Shown here: one piece after another, positions 10,445-18,835 of the stretch
Layout of the letters: each line of letters begins with the position of its first letter
How positions within the stretch are numbered: position 1 is the first letter of the stretch
Assembly: GCA_001872545.1 (NCBI GenBank)
Contig: MNWN01000011.1
Coordinates: forward strand, 2,089 to 66,088
DNA from: Parcubacteria group bacterium CG1_02_58_44
Lineage (GTDB): Bacteria > Patescibacteriota > Patescibacteriia > SG8-24
Length of the DNA: 64,000 nucleotides
Reading direction: 5' to 3'
Made by a program: the position numbers and the translations under genes
Notes under the pieces: model-generated
Told to the model about the DNA's origin: nothing
The model's input: the letters and a program-made list of their open reading frames with translations, nothing else
Database searches by the model: none

Positions 10445-10916
10445 CATCATGGCCGACCGGACGGTCGTCCTTGCCGCAAAAACAGGGCAGGGAAGGAAAG
10501 TCCGGACACCCCTCGAGCGGCAACGCCGAGGAAGCAGGTAGTCGCTAACGACGACCGGGAATAAGGTTTGACGGGCATTTCTCCTAGGAAACTGGAGAAG
10601 TCTCTGTCGGCCCCAAGCCTAGGGAAAGTGAAACAGAAAACACACCGCCCGAACCCGAGCGCAAGCGGAGGTGAGGCCTCGAGCGGAACCGAAAGGTTTC
10701 CTCGAGCCGGGTAAGGTTGAAAACGTGGGGTAAGGGCCCACGCGGGACAGCCGCGCGAGCGGCGCCGTGGAAAACCCTGCCTGGTGCAAGAGCAAGTTTG
10801 GTAGCTCGCTAGAGGCCGTCGGCAACGACGGTCCCAGATAGATGGCCGTCCGTTGTCCGGGATGCGTTCACGCGTGTCGGGCGACGACAGAATCCGGCTT
10901 ACAGGTCGACCATGAA
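10445..10916 (+). ncRNA. rnpB: RNase P RNA (bacterial type), larger than usual
   Basis: Conserved blocks are present: GGGAAGGAAAGTCCGGAC (P4 5' strand), GGGTAAGGTTGAAAACGTGGGGTAAGGGCCCACGCGGG (P10-P12 region) and ACAGAATCCGGCTTACAGG (P4 3' strand). Terminal complementary arms CATGGCCGACC...GGTCGACCATG form P1. The track ORFs overlapping this region are therefore spurious. Confidence 0.8.
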
Positions 10917-11099
10917 CCATCGAAAAATCCGCCTTTCCGGGCGGTTTTTCGTTTCTTGTACCTCTCACCCATTTTCCATTTTAGGACAGATAACCGTCTT
11001 TCCAGACGAGGTTTTTCCTTGACAGTTACTTCCCTCCTCCTCTTTCTGTTAAGATTTAAATTGAACCCATCAATTAATTTATCTCTAATTTAGAGAGAT

Positions 11100-11705
11100 A
11101 TGTCGGAAAAGCAAGAAAGGCCACCCTTGGATCCAGAAGCCGAAGGGCAAAATCGGATTGAGCACGCGATCAAGACTGCTAGTGGCATAGCAGACGAGAT
11201 TTTAGAAAACGCAAAAACAAGAGGAATTCAAGATTGGAAGAGAGAAGAAATTGAGAGAAGACCAACGAATCGGGACGAAATGTTTAGTCTGGAACCGTAT
11301 CTTACCATGGTCTTGGTAGAGAGGCTCTCGAGCGAGATTGCCGAAAGGTTCGGAAAAGAAGAATTCTGCGATCTGGCAAGATGGTTGGCACAGAATGAGA
11401 TGGACGGCGTTCTCGTCGAGAATGTAGAGAACATAAGATCAGGAAAAGATGTGGATGAAAATCTCCAATTTTTGGAGGATGCTCGTGCCTTTTCCGCAAA
11501 AAGGCAATTTGATCTTAAAGGCGGGGAATACTACAGCGGTGATGGTTATACTCGAGATCAAATACTTGTTGCAGTCAAGGCGGCGGTCGGAAGATTGGAA
11601 AAGGCTACAGTCATTCAACAAATAGCAAGTCGCTGTCTTACGAATGGCAGCGCCGTCCGTACTGGAGCGACTAGGAAAATTTTGGACATGTTCCTCGCCG
11701 TTTAA
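11100..11705 (+). CDS. Hypothetical protein (201 aa) in a low-GC region
   Basis: Complete ORF with no recognisable motif. Followed by a terminator hairpin. Confidence 0.5.
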   Translation: MSEKQERPPLDPEAEGQNRIEHAIKTASGIADEILENAKTRGIQDWKREEIERRPTNRDEMFSLEPYLTMVLVERLSSEIAERFGKEEFCDLARWLAQNEMDGVLVENVENIRSGKDVDENLQFLEDARAFSAKRQFDLKGGEYYSGDGYTRDQILVAVKAAVGRLEKATVIQQIASRCLTNGSAVRTGATRKILDMFLAV

Positions 11706-11746
11706 GGATCCAAATCGGAAGGAGGCAAGCGAGTTTAGTTCACCAG

Positions 11747-11775
11747 CCCCCATTGATCATGGGGGTTTTGGTTTT
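11747..11775 (+). terminator. Rho-independent terminator
   Basis: ccccc attgatcat ggggg followed by ttttggtttt. Confidence 0.55.
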
Positions 11776-11895
11776 GAGGCAAGTTTTTCGTTGTGAAGCC
11801 TAAACCCCGGGCGTGAGCCCGAGGTGTGTCGCTTAACTGACTAAGATAATCAAAAACCGTCAGAGTCTGATCTGGCGGTTTTTGGATATGGCGTT

Positions 11896-12966
11896 TTACC
11901 TGATACCGATCGTTCGGCGCACCTCTTCCATAGTTTTCCGTGCCGTCTCTCGGGCCCGTTCGGCACCAGCAGCGAAGATCTTCAGTACCCGGTCCGGGTA
12001 GGCCTCCAGCTCGCGTTTGCGTTCGCGGAAGTCGGCGAACCGTTCGGCGATCCGTTCGGCCAACAGCGGCTTGAGTTCGCCGTAGCGGATCGGCTGGCTG
12101 TCGACGAACCGTTGGGCCTCACCCTCATGTCCGAAAAGCCGCAATAGCCCTATTAGGTTCCAAACTCCGGCCTGTCCGCGCAACGTCTCCTCGTCCAGGC
12201 CTCGTTCCTCCAGCGGTTTGGTCAGCAGTTCGTCGAGCTCGGCCTCCGTCAGCGTCAGCCTGCCCTCGGTCTCGCTCACCGCTCCCTTGATTTTCTTCAG
12301 TATGACGTCAGGCTCGTCGGAGAGGGCAATATACGATTTTTCGCCCAGCGACTTGGACATTTTCTTGAGCGGATCGGTCAGCGATCGCAGCTTGGGGGTG
12401 TCGGTCAGGTACGGTTCAGGCTCGGGGAAGTAGTCGACTCCGTACTTGCGGTTGTAGAAGCGTGCGACATCGCGGGTCAGCTCGACGTGTTGGACCTGAT
12501 CGCGTCCGACCGGTACGGCCTCGCCGTGATGGATCAGGATATCCGCTGCCTGCAGCACCGGATAGTCTAGCAGTCCCATATTGACGTTCCTGTCCTGCTG
12601 GCCGGACTTGTCCTTGAACTGCGTCATGCGCTCGAGGAAGGACAGCGGAGTGAGGGTGTTGAAGATCCAGCACAGCTCGGTGTGCTCCGGAATGTCCGAC
12701 TGACGGAAGAGAGTGCATTTTTCCGGGTCCAGTCCGGCGGCCAGCAGTTCGGTCATGATTTCCAGTACCTGCCGCCGCTTGTCCTGAGGGTCATAGTCGC
12801 CGGACAGCGAGTGGTAGTCGGCCACAAAGATCGAGCATTCGTAGTTCGGATCGTCCTGAAGCCGGACCCAGTTCTTGAGCGCACCGACCCAGTTGCCGAG
12901 GTGGACCTGACCCGAGGGTTGAATGCCGGAAATGAGGGTTTTTCGCCTATTGTTGCTTATTGTCAT
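11896..12966 (-). CDS. trpS: Tryptophan--tRNA ligase
   Basis: Class I aaRS signatures are present: GIQPSGQVHLGNWVG (HIGH-type motif) and KMSKS. Length is 356 aa. Confidence 0.9.
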   Translation of the reverse strand: MTISNNRRKTLISGIQPSGQVHLGNWVGALKNWVRLQDDPNYECSIFVADYHSLSGDYDPQDKRRQVLEIMTELLAAGLDPEKCTLFRQSDIPEHTELCWIFNTLTPLSFLERMTQFKDKSGQQDRNVNMGLLDYPVLQAADILIHHGEAVPVGRDQVQHVELTRDVARFYNRKYGVDYFPEPEPYLTDTPKLRSLTDPLKKMSKSLGEKSYIALSDEPDVILKKIKGAVSETEGRLTLTEAELDELLTKPLEERGLDEETLRGQAGVWNLIGLLRLFGHEGEAQRFVDSQPIRYGELKPLLAERIAERFADFRERKRELEAYPDRVLKIFAAGAERARETARKTMEEVRRTIGIR

Positions 12967-13224
12967 ATGCGGGAAGTATAGGTTGAGGTAGCCGAAATGA
13001 CAAAAGACTGGCGGAAACGGTTCCGTCAGTCTTTCATTCAGGTGACCGCTGATTCGGAGCGATGGCAGTGCGCTATCGCGTCGGTGTCTTCTTCAGTCTA
13101 GGTCTTGATCAGTTAGTGTGAACGTACCTAACGACCGATCATCCGACATCTTGCAGCGAGACGAAAACGTCTTTAAAAACGCCAGGAAATACGCTAGCCT
13201 GATTACCGAATCCACCTTAACCAT

Positions 13225-14526
13225 ATGGACATGTCAGAACAAAGATTTCGGCGGAGTCTATCCGACAGTGAGGACATTGATCTTGAGCTGCAGGGAGACG
13301 TGGAGCCTATCGTCGGTTTGGATCCTAAAGCAAAAGAAGCGGATCACCGTCCCGACCTTTCGGAACGACGTGTCGTAGCCGAAACCGTGATGGAGGTCGA
13401 TCCGCTCGGTAAGGCCCTGACCGGCCGAACTCCGGAGCGGCTGGAGGATGAGACCGGCATACCGAAAGAGGAACTGTTCCCTGACGGCAAGGATGTGGTC
13501 TATATCGGCGATCCTTGGCAGAGGATGGGAACAGAGCGGGACAATCCGCACACGTTCATCGTGGACTACGAGTTCGGGGAGACGGCCGAATTTATCGACA
13601 ACCCTGAAGCCTTTCTTGATCGAATGTTGCCCGCCGTCAGTGGAGACAGTGCCGACGACGGGGAGCTGGCCCTGCCTGTCGGAAACTCTTGTCGCCAGCA
13701 CGGAGAATATCAGCTGGCCGGCGAGAAAGAGGATCTGACGAGCCGGCAGAAGAAATGGCTGGAACAGTTCCTGGAGTTGATCAAAAAGGCCAATGACCTC
13801 ACCAGGAAACTGGACAGGAAAAAATTTGAAGATTTCGGACCGGTTGCCGACGCTTGGGGAGAGGCCCGATTTTTCATCGAAACGACCTATAAGCAGGAGA
13901 TGGCCGACACAGAAGAAAGCTTGCCGTCTTTTGTCGGAGACCCGAGACGTGAATACGACCCCCTGTCCGAGTTTCGGAAACAGGCTTGGTATGACTGTGT
14001 CTATGCGGAACGCGGCTTTAGGGACATTCCTGACTGGCTGACTAAGGTCGAACCGAGACTGAAGGAACGCCGCATCGAACTGGAGACGGCCGGCAAGGAC
14101 GAGGAGGAAATCGAAAAGACGCTCAAGACGGCCCGTAAGATACTCATCGACCACCTCCGACTGCGTCGGAAGCCCGAGGAGGCGAACGTCATCCAAGCTG
14201 TCTTTCCGGAACTGCCGTTCAGGGACGGGTCGTTCGACCGTCTGGTCGCCTCATGGTCGATCTCTGCGCATGTCTTCTCACATCTCGATCGGACCGGATT
14301 CAACGCCTGCTGGCAGGAAATCAGACGAGTACTGAAGGATGAAGGGAAAGCTTACATCTTCCCGCTCGACTACGAACAGATAGACGAAGAGGAATTTTTT
14401 GCTTCACTGAGGGAATTTGCCGAAAAAACCGGATTGAAATGGAAGGTGCTGGATGATCGAGGCCAGCCCGTTGACGGTGAACATCTGGCCGAAACGCTCC
14501 TATTGGAGAAAAACGTGTCCATTTGA
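13225..14526 (+). CDS. Hypothetical protein with a possible SAM-methyltransferase-like C-terminal region
   Basis: 433 aa ORF. The C-terminal FPELPFRDGSFDRLVASWSISAHVFSHLD resembles methyltransferase motif II/III. The N-terminal half is unrecognisable. Confidence 0.5.
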   Translation: MDMSEQRFRRSLSDSEDIDLELQGDVEPIVGLDPKAKEADHRPDLSERRVVAETVMEVDPLGKALTGRTPERLEDETGIPKEELFPDGKDVVYIGDPWQRMGTERDNPHTFIVDYEFGETAEFIDNPEAFLDRMLPAVSGDSADDGELALPVGNSCRQHGEYQLAGEKEDLTSRQKKWLEQFLELIKKANDLTRKLDRKKFEDFGPVADAWGEARFFIETTYKQEMADTEESLPSFVGDPRREYDPLSEFRKQAWYDCVYAERGFRDIPDWLTKVEPRLKERRIELETAGKDEEEIEKTLKTARKILIDHLRLRRKPEEANVIQAVFPELPFRDGSFDRLVASWSISAHVFSHLDRTGFNACWQEIRRVLKDEGKAYIFPLDYEQIDEEEFFASLREFAEKTGLKWKVLDDRGQPVDGEHLAETLLLEKNVSI

Positions 14527-14865
14527 TGGGCAGTTGGAATCAGGTGAGAAGAACGGACTGTGAGCACTCGTCGATTCGTGCCGCAGACTGACTTTCCTGC
14601 ACGACATCCTAGACTGTTTCCATCGTCCGTAGACCAAAGCCGGCCGCCTTGTATGGGCGACCGGCTTTAGTTCCGTCCCGTCACTGACGGAAGTTTCATG
14701 GGACCACCTTTAGACTCTCAAAGGCAACTTACCTTTGGTCTTTTTAAGTTTTCTGAGTGGAACAATCAACAGGGTAATAACCAACACGACGAAGATAATT
14801 TCCATCGCTGATGGAATGGGCGTTAAATTTCCACCCACCAAAGCCTTGACTTCATACATGCAACA

Positions 14866-16194
14866 TCAAGATTGTGGACCCATGAAATCCGTGACCGCCC
14901 GGTCCAAGATCACGTCCGTCGGCCTAAACTTGCGCAATAGGACGATCCCTTTCAGCGTCATGCAGCGACTCAGGGCGACGTACATCTGACCATGTGCGAA
15001 GGCACCGTGACCGACGTCGACCAGTACCCGCTCGAAGGTCTTGCCCTGACTCTTGTGGATCGTCACCGCCCAGGCCAGCGTGATCGGATATTGAGTGTAT
15101 GACCCGACCACTTCCTCTTCCAGACTTCCGCCCTGACCGCTTCGGTACTCGAAGACTTCCCAAGTGTGCCGCTCGACCTCAACCTCGTCACCGTTCTCCA
15201 GCTCGACTTCCAGCACCGGCTGACCGGCCTCATCGTCCTGCCTGACTCGACGAATCGTACCCAAACTGCCGTTGACCCAGCGTTTGAGCGGATCGTTGGT
15301 GGTGAACATGATGCGTGCGCCGTCCTTGACCGTAACGGTCGCCTCGGATGGCATGCGCCGACCGCCGATGTCACCGAAGGAAGTCGCCTTGAACCGCCAC
15401 TCCTTCGACTCAAGCTGACTCAGCTCCAAGTCGTTCCTGCGCTGCGCCATCTTATTGGTGGTGGTCAGGTGGACCATGTAGTCATCCTCATTACGGGGAT
15501 CGAAATCCGGATCGTGCCGTTCGTTCCACAGCCTGACGTCATCTTCGGTTACCCTTGCGTTCCTGACGCGGTTGAGCAGCTCTACGAAATCGCGATCCTT
15601 CTGGCGGTAGACCTTCTTCAGCTCGAAAGTCTCGACCGGAAACTGTCGCATCACGTCGGCAGAAAAGAAGTACGGCGAAGGATAGCTGGTGCGGAACATG
15701 TCCAGCTCGTCACGGGTGACTACCGGCGGAAGCTGGAACAGGTCGCCGATCAGAACCATCTGTACGCCGCCGAACGGCAGGTCCGGCCGATCGCGATTCA
15801 GCCGCAGGGCCCGGTCGACGCAATCGAGCAGGTCGGCCCGAACCATGGAGATCTCGTCGATAATGATCGTCTCCAGCTTCTTGAAGAGATCCAGGCTGTC
15901 GGGATGGGCCTTGCGAACCAAACTCTTCTTTATCTCGGGATGAAAGCCAAAAAAGGAATGGATCGTCTGTCCGTGAACGTTGAGTGCGGCCACACCGGTC
16001 GGAGCCAGAACGACATGTCGCTTCCGGGTTTTCTGCCTGAAGTAGGTCAGTAGGGTCGACTTTCCGGTGCCAGCCCGTCCGGTCAAGAAAATGTTGCGGT
16101 CGGTCTCGTTGATCAGCTGCAGGGCAGTTCGAAACTCCTTGTTGATTTTGATGACGGTTTTCTTGCCCATAGATAGATTGATGGCGTTGTTCAA
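14866..16194 (-). CDS. ATP-dependent DNA helicase, Pif1/RecD-like (SF1B, AAA_30 type)
   Basis: Walker A FLTGRAGTGKSTLL, HVVLAPTGVAALNV, the Walker B-like IIIDEISMV and the C-terminal TIHKSQGKTFERVLVD motif typical of Pif1/RecD helicases. Confidence 0.85.
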   Translation of the reverse strand: MNNAINLSMGKKTVIKINKEFRTALQLINETDRNIFLTGRAGTGKSTLLTYFRQKTRKRHVVLAPTGVAALNVHGQTIHSFFGFHPEIKKSLVRKAHPDSLDLFKKLETIIIDEISMVRADLLDCVDRALRLNRDRPDLPFGGVQMVLIGDLFQLPPVVTRDELDMFRTSYPSPYFFSADVMRQFPVETFELKKVYRQKDRDFVELLNRVRNARVTEDDVRLWNERHDPDFDPRNEDDYMVHLTTTNKMAQRRNDLELSQLESKEWRFKATSFGDIGGRRMPSEATVTVKDGARIMFTTNDPLKRWVNGSLGTIRRVRQDDEAGQPVLEVELENGDEVEVERHTWEVFEYRSGQGGSLEEEVVGSYTQYPITLAWAVTIHKSQGKTFERVLVDVGHGAFAHGQMYVALSRCMTLKGIVLLRKFRPTDVILDRAVTDFMGPQS

Positions 16195-16352
16195 GACGCT
16201 AAGTCTAGCTTTCCTGGAAGGAAAACCAAAACCGGCTATCTCTATATAAGGTGACCGGCTGCAGCTTCACCGCGCTTTCGATGAAGTTTGGTGGATTGGT
16301 ACGGCTAGACTCGGAGGCGCGACGGCGCGTTCTTGCGTCGGCGCCACCCAAG

Positions 16353-18311
16353 CTAGACCTCGATCAGCACAGGGAGAACCATCGGCCTGCGTTTGGTCTC
16401 CTTGAACAGGAACGATCCGACCTCGTTGCGGATCTTGCCCTTGATGAACTCCTCGAAGGCCGGAGTCCGGCTGTCCGCGTCCTTGAGTATCTTCTTGACC
16501 TTGATCCGCGCCTTCTCTATAAGCTCCTTGCTTTCGCGCATGTAGATGAATCCGCGCGAGATTATGTCCGGCGAGCTGACCAGCGCTCCGGTCTTCTTGT
16601 CGATCGTGACGATGACCACGAACATGCCCTCGTCGGCCAGCTGTACGCGGTCGCGCAGGACGACCTGCGACACGTCGCCGACGCCGAGTCCGTCGACCAT
16701 GACGTATTCGGTCGAGACCTTCTCGGTGGTCATTCTGATGCCGCCGTTGTCGACCTCAAAGACCTGTCCGTTTTCGGCGACGAAGATGTTTTCGCTGGGT
16801 ATGCCGACTTCCCGCCCCAGCTCCGCATGCGCCTCGAGCATGAAGCGGTTGCCGTGGATCGGAATAAGGTACTTGGGCATGGTCAGGCGCATCATCAGCT
16901 TCAGGTCCTCCTGCTTGGCGTGTCCGCCGGCATGGACGTCGAGGTTGTCGTAGTGGTAGACCTTGGCGCCCTGCTTGACCAGCGTGTCCTTGAGCGACTG
17001 GACGGTCCGTTCGTTGCCCGGAATGACCGAGGACGAGAAGACCACGCCGTCGCCCTTGCGCAGCGAGACGGTCCGATGTTCGCCGTTGGCCACCCGCATG
17101 AGCACGGCGTTGCGTTCGCCCTGGGCTCCGGTGCAGATGACCAGTGCCTTGTGGTCGGGGAGGCGCAGGAAGTCGCGGGCCTCGATGATGGTGCTGGGCT
17201 TGAACTTCATGTAGCCCATCTCCTTGGCGATCTCGACGTTGTTGCTCATCGAGCGCCCTTCGATCAGCACTCGGCGGTCGTACTTTTCGGCCAGTTCGAT
17301 GATCTGCCCCACTCGCGTCAGCAGCGACGAGAACGTCCCGATGATCAGGCGTCCCGGATGCTCGCGGATGATGCGTTCCATCTCCTTGCCGACCTGGCTC
17401 TCGGAGATCTGGTGGCCCGGACTGGTGGCGTTGGTCGAGTCCGACAGGAGCGCCAGCGCGCCGCTCAGTCCGAACGCGGCGATGTGGGTCAGGTCGATCG
17501 GATCGTCGTTTACCGGCGTGTAGTCGAACTTGAAGTCGCCGGTGCAGAGGATGGTTCCGTAGGGCGTGTGCAGCGCCGCGCCGAAGGCATCGGAGATGTT
17601 GTGGTTGACGTGGAACGGCTCGAAGACGAAGTGCCGACCGAGCTGGATCTTCTTCTCTGAGGTGACCAGCTGGATCTTCAGCTTGCTGACCGTACCGAAT
17701 TCCTCCTGCCGTTTCTTGAGAATTCCCGCGGTGAGCGGGGCAGTGAAGATCGTCGGGTAGCCGAGGCGTCCGATGGTCAGGGGAATTCCGCCGATGTGGT
17801 CCATGTGTCCGTGCGTCACGATGACGCCGCGGATGTTCTTCTCCTTGCCTTTCAGCGAGGAGATGTCCGGGATGATGTAGTCGATGCCCGGCATGCCCTC
17901 CTCCGGGAACATCAGCCCGATGTCGAGGATGATGATGTCGTCGCCGCACTCGAAGACGGTGCAGTTGCGGCCGATCTCCTCGAGTCCGCCCAAGGCGTAG
18001 ATCCTGAGCTTGGGGGTGCCGGCCGGAGCGTGCGTCTGATGCGCTATTTCGCGGCTAAGCGGCCCGACTCCGGGTTTTTTGGACTGAGGTCCGTCGGCTA
18101 CGGCGGATGGGATGACATGCTGCTGCTGCGGTCCGCGGCGTCCGGACGGGTATCCCGACGACGGTGGTCGGCGGCGTCTCTGGTCGTGACCCGAGCGGCG
18201 CTGGCCTTGGTTTGATCCGGCTTGGCCGGATGTCTTTTCTTTAGGTGTCATAGTTTTTGTCGGTTCTGCATTGGATGGGGACAGCAAAGGAGCAAGCGTC
18301 CGTCGCCGCAT
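16353..18311 (-). CDS. rnj: Ribonuclease J with about 100 aa N-terminal basic low-complexity extension
   Basis: The metallo-beta-lactamase motif VTHGHMDHIGGIP, beta-CASP and RNase J C-terminal regions are all present. The N-terminus is Arg/Gly/Pro/Gln-rich. Confidence 0.9.
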   Translation of the reverse strand: MRRRTLAPLLSPSNAEPTKTMTPKEKTSGQAGSNQGQRRSGHDQRRRRPPSSGYPSGRRGPQQQHVIPSAVADGPQSKKPGVGPLSREIAHQTHAPAGTPKLRIYALGGLEEIGRNCTVFECGDDIIILDIGLMFPEEGMPGIDYIIPDISSLKGKEKNIRGVIVTHGHMDHIGGIPLTIGRLGYPTIFTAPLTAGILKKRQEEFGTVSKLKIQLVTSEKKIQLGRHFVFEPFHVNHNISDAFGAALHTPYGTILCTGDFKFDYTPVNDDPIDLTHIAAFGLSGALALLSDSTNATSPGHQISESQVGKEMERIIREHPGRLIIGTFSSLLTRVGQIIELAEKYDRRVLIEGRSMSNNVEIAKEMGYMKFKPSTIIEARDFLRLPDHKALVICTGAQGERNAVLMRVANGEHRTVSLRKGDGVVFSSSVIPGNERTVQSLKDTLVKQGAKVYHYDNLDVHAGGHAKQEDLKLMMRLTMPKYLIPIHGNRFMLEAHAELGREVGIPSENIFVAENGQVFEVDNGGIRMTTEKVSTEYVMVDGLGVGDVSQVVLRDRVQLADEGMFVVIVTIDKKTGALVSSPDIISRGFIYMRESKELIEKARIKVKKILKDADSRTPAFEEFIKGKIRNEVGSFLFKETKRRPMVLPVLIEV

Positions 18312-18465
18312 CGTTTCCGATTCGAAAGATATCGTTGATTAGGTTAGTCGGCGAAGATGTCGCCATGCCACCGACGGAAAGTTCCGACGGCAGTTTACCT
18401 TTCGGCAGAATTGAGCAGGGGGCAGGAGGTGGAGGCTATCCGCTATTCAACTGTTCCGAAAATGA

Positions 18466-18545
18466 TCTCAGTCTGTCCTGCCGCTCCTGATGGACCCATA
18501 ACTGATGAGTCCGTCGGGAGTGGTGCCGTGGGTGGGATCGTCTCC
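18466..18545. repeat. Direct repeat copy 1, about 72 bp, containing a degenerate copy of the tRNA-Leu 3' end
   Basis: tctgtcctgccgctcctgatggacccataactgatgagtccgtcgggagtggtgccgtgggtgggat is nearly identical (1 mismatch) to 18678-18750. Confidence 0.7.
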
Positions 18546-18677
18546 TTGCCCGCCCGAACGGCGGGCTTCGTCACCTGGGCGGCGCCGGACCCTGCACCAG
18601 TTCGGGTCCGTCGGCACTCGCGCGCTCGCGTCTGGACGGACGCTCGCCGCTCGCTGCCGTCTGTTCAAATCCCTTCG

Positions 18678-18750
18678 ATTTTGGTCTGTCCTGCCGCTCC
18701 TGATGGACCCATAACTGATGAGTCCGTCGGGAGTGGTGCCGCGGGTGGGA
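18678..18750. repeat. Direct repeat copy 2, overlapping the 3' end of tRNA-Leu
   Basis: The same 72 bp sequence as copy 1. The last 17 nt are the complement of the tRNA-Leu 3' acceptor/T-arm end. Confidence 0.7.
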
Positions 18751-18820
18751 TTTGAACCCACACGGAGTTGCCCCCACTAGCTCCTGAAGCTAGCGTGTCT
18801 GCCAGTTTCACCACCGCGGC
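18734..18820 (-). tRNA. tRNA-Leu (anticodon CAG), class II with a long variable arm and genomically encoded CCA
   Basis: Reverse complement is GCCGCGGTGGTGAAACTGGCAGACACGCTAGCTTCAGGAGCTAGTGGGGGCAACTCCGTGTGGGTTCAAATCCCACCCGCGGCACCA. It has a 7 bp acceptor stem, the anticodon loop TTCAGGA, a 15 nt variable arm and a GTGGG/CCCAC T stem. Confidence 0.85.
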
Positions 18821-18835
18821 ATTACGTTCGCTGTT

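Noticed and set aside
10447-11093. Track ORFs 10447..10968 (-), 10619..10825 (-) and 10842..11093 (+)
   Set aside because: They overlap the RNase P RNA gene, whose conserved blocks are unambiguous. The translations are Pro/Arg/Ser-rich nonsense.
16251-17949. Long alternative-frame and antisense ORFs (16251..17660 +, 16756..17949 -) inside RNase J
   Set aside because: RNase J motifs are present only in the 16353..18311 (-) frame. The other ORFs are Arg/Pro/Gly-rich artefacts of ~65% GC.
18490-18530. Possible hammerhead-ribozyme core (CTGATGAGTCC) inside the 72-bp repeat
   Set aside because: CUGAUGA is present but the obligatory downstream GAAA/stem III and a cleavage-site helix could not be found on either strand. 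Likely coincidental.
18357-18755. Track ORF 18357..18755 (+), 132 aa, containing the repeated peptide ICPAAPDGPITDESVGSGA
   Set aside because: The repeated peptide is simply the translation of the 72-bp direct repeat that overlaps the tRNA-Leu 3' end. There is no independent coding evidence.
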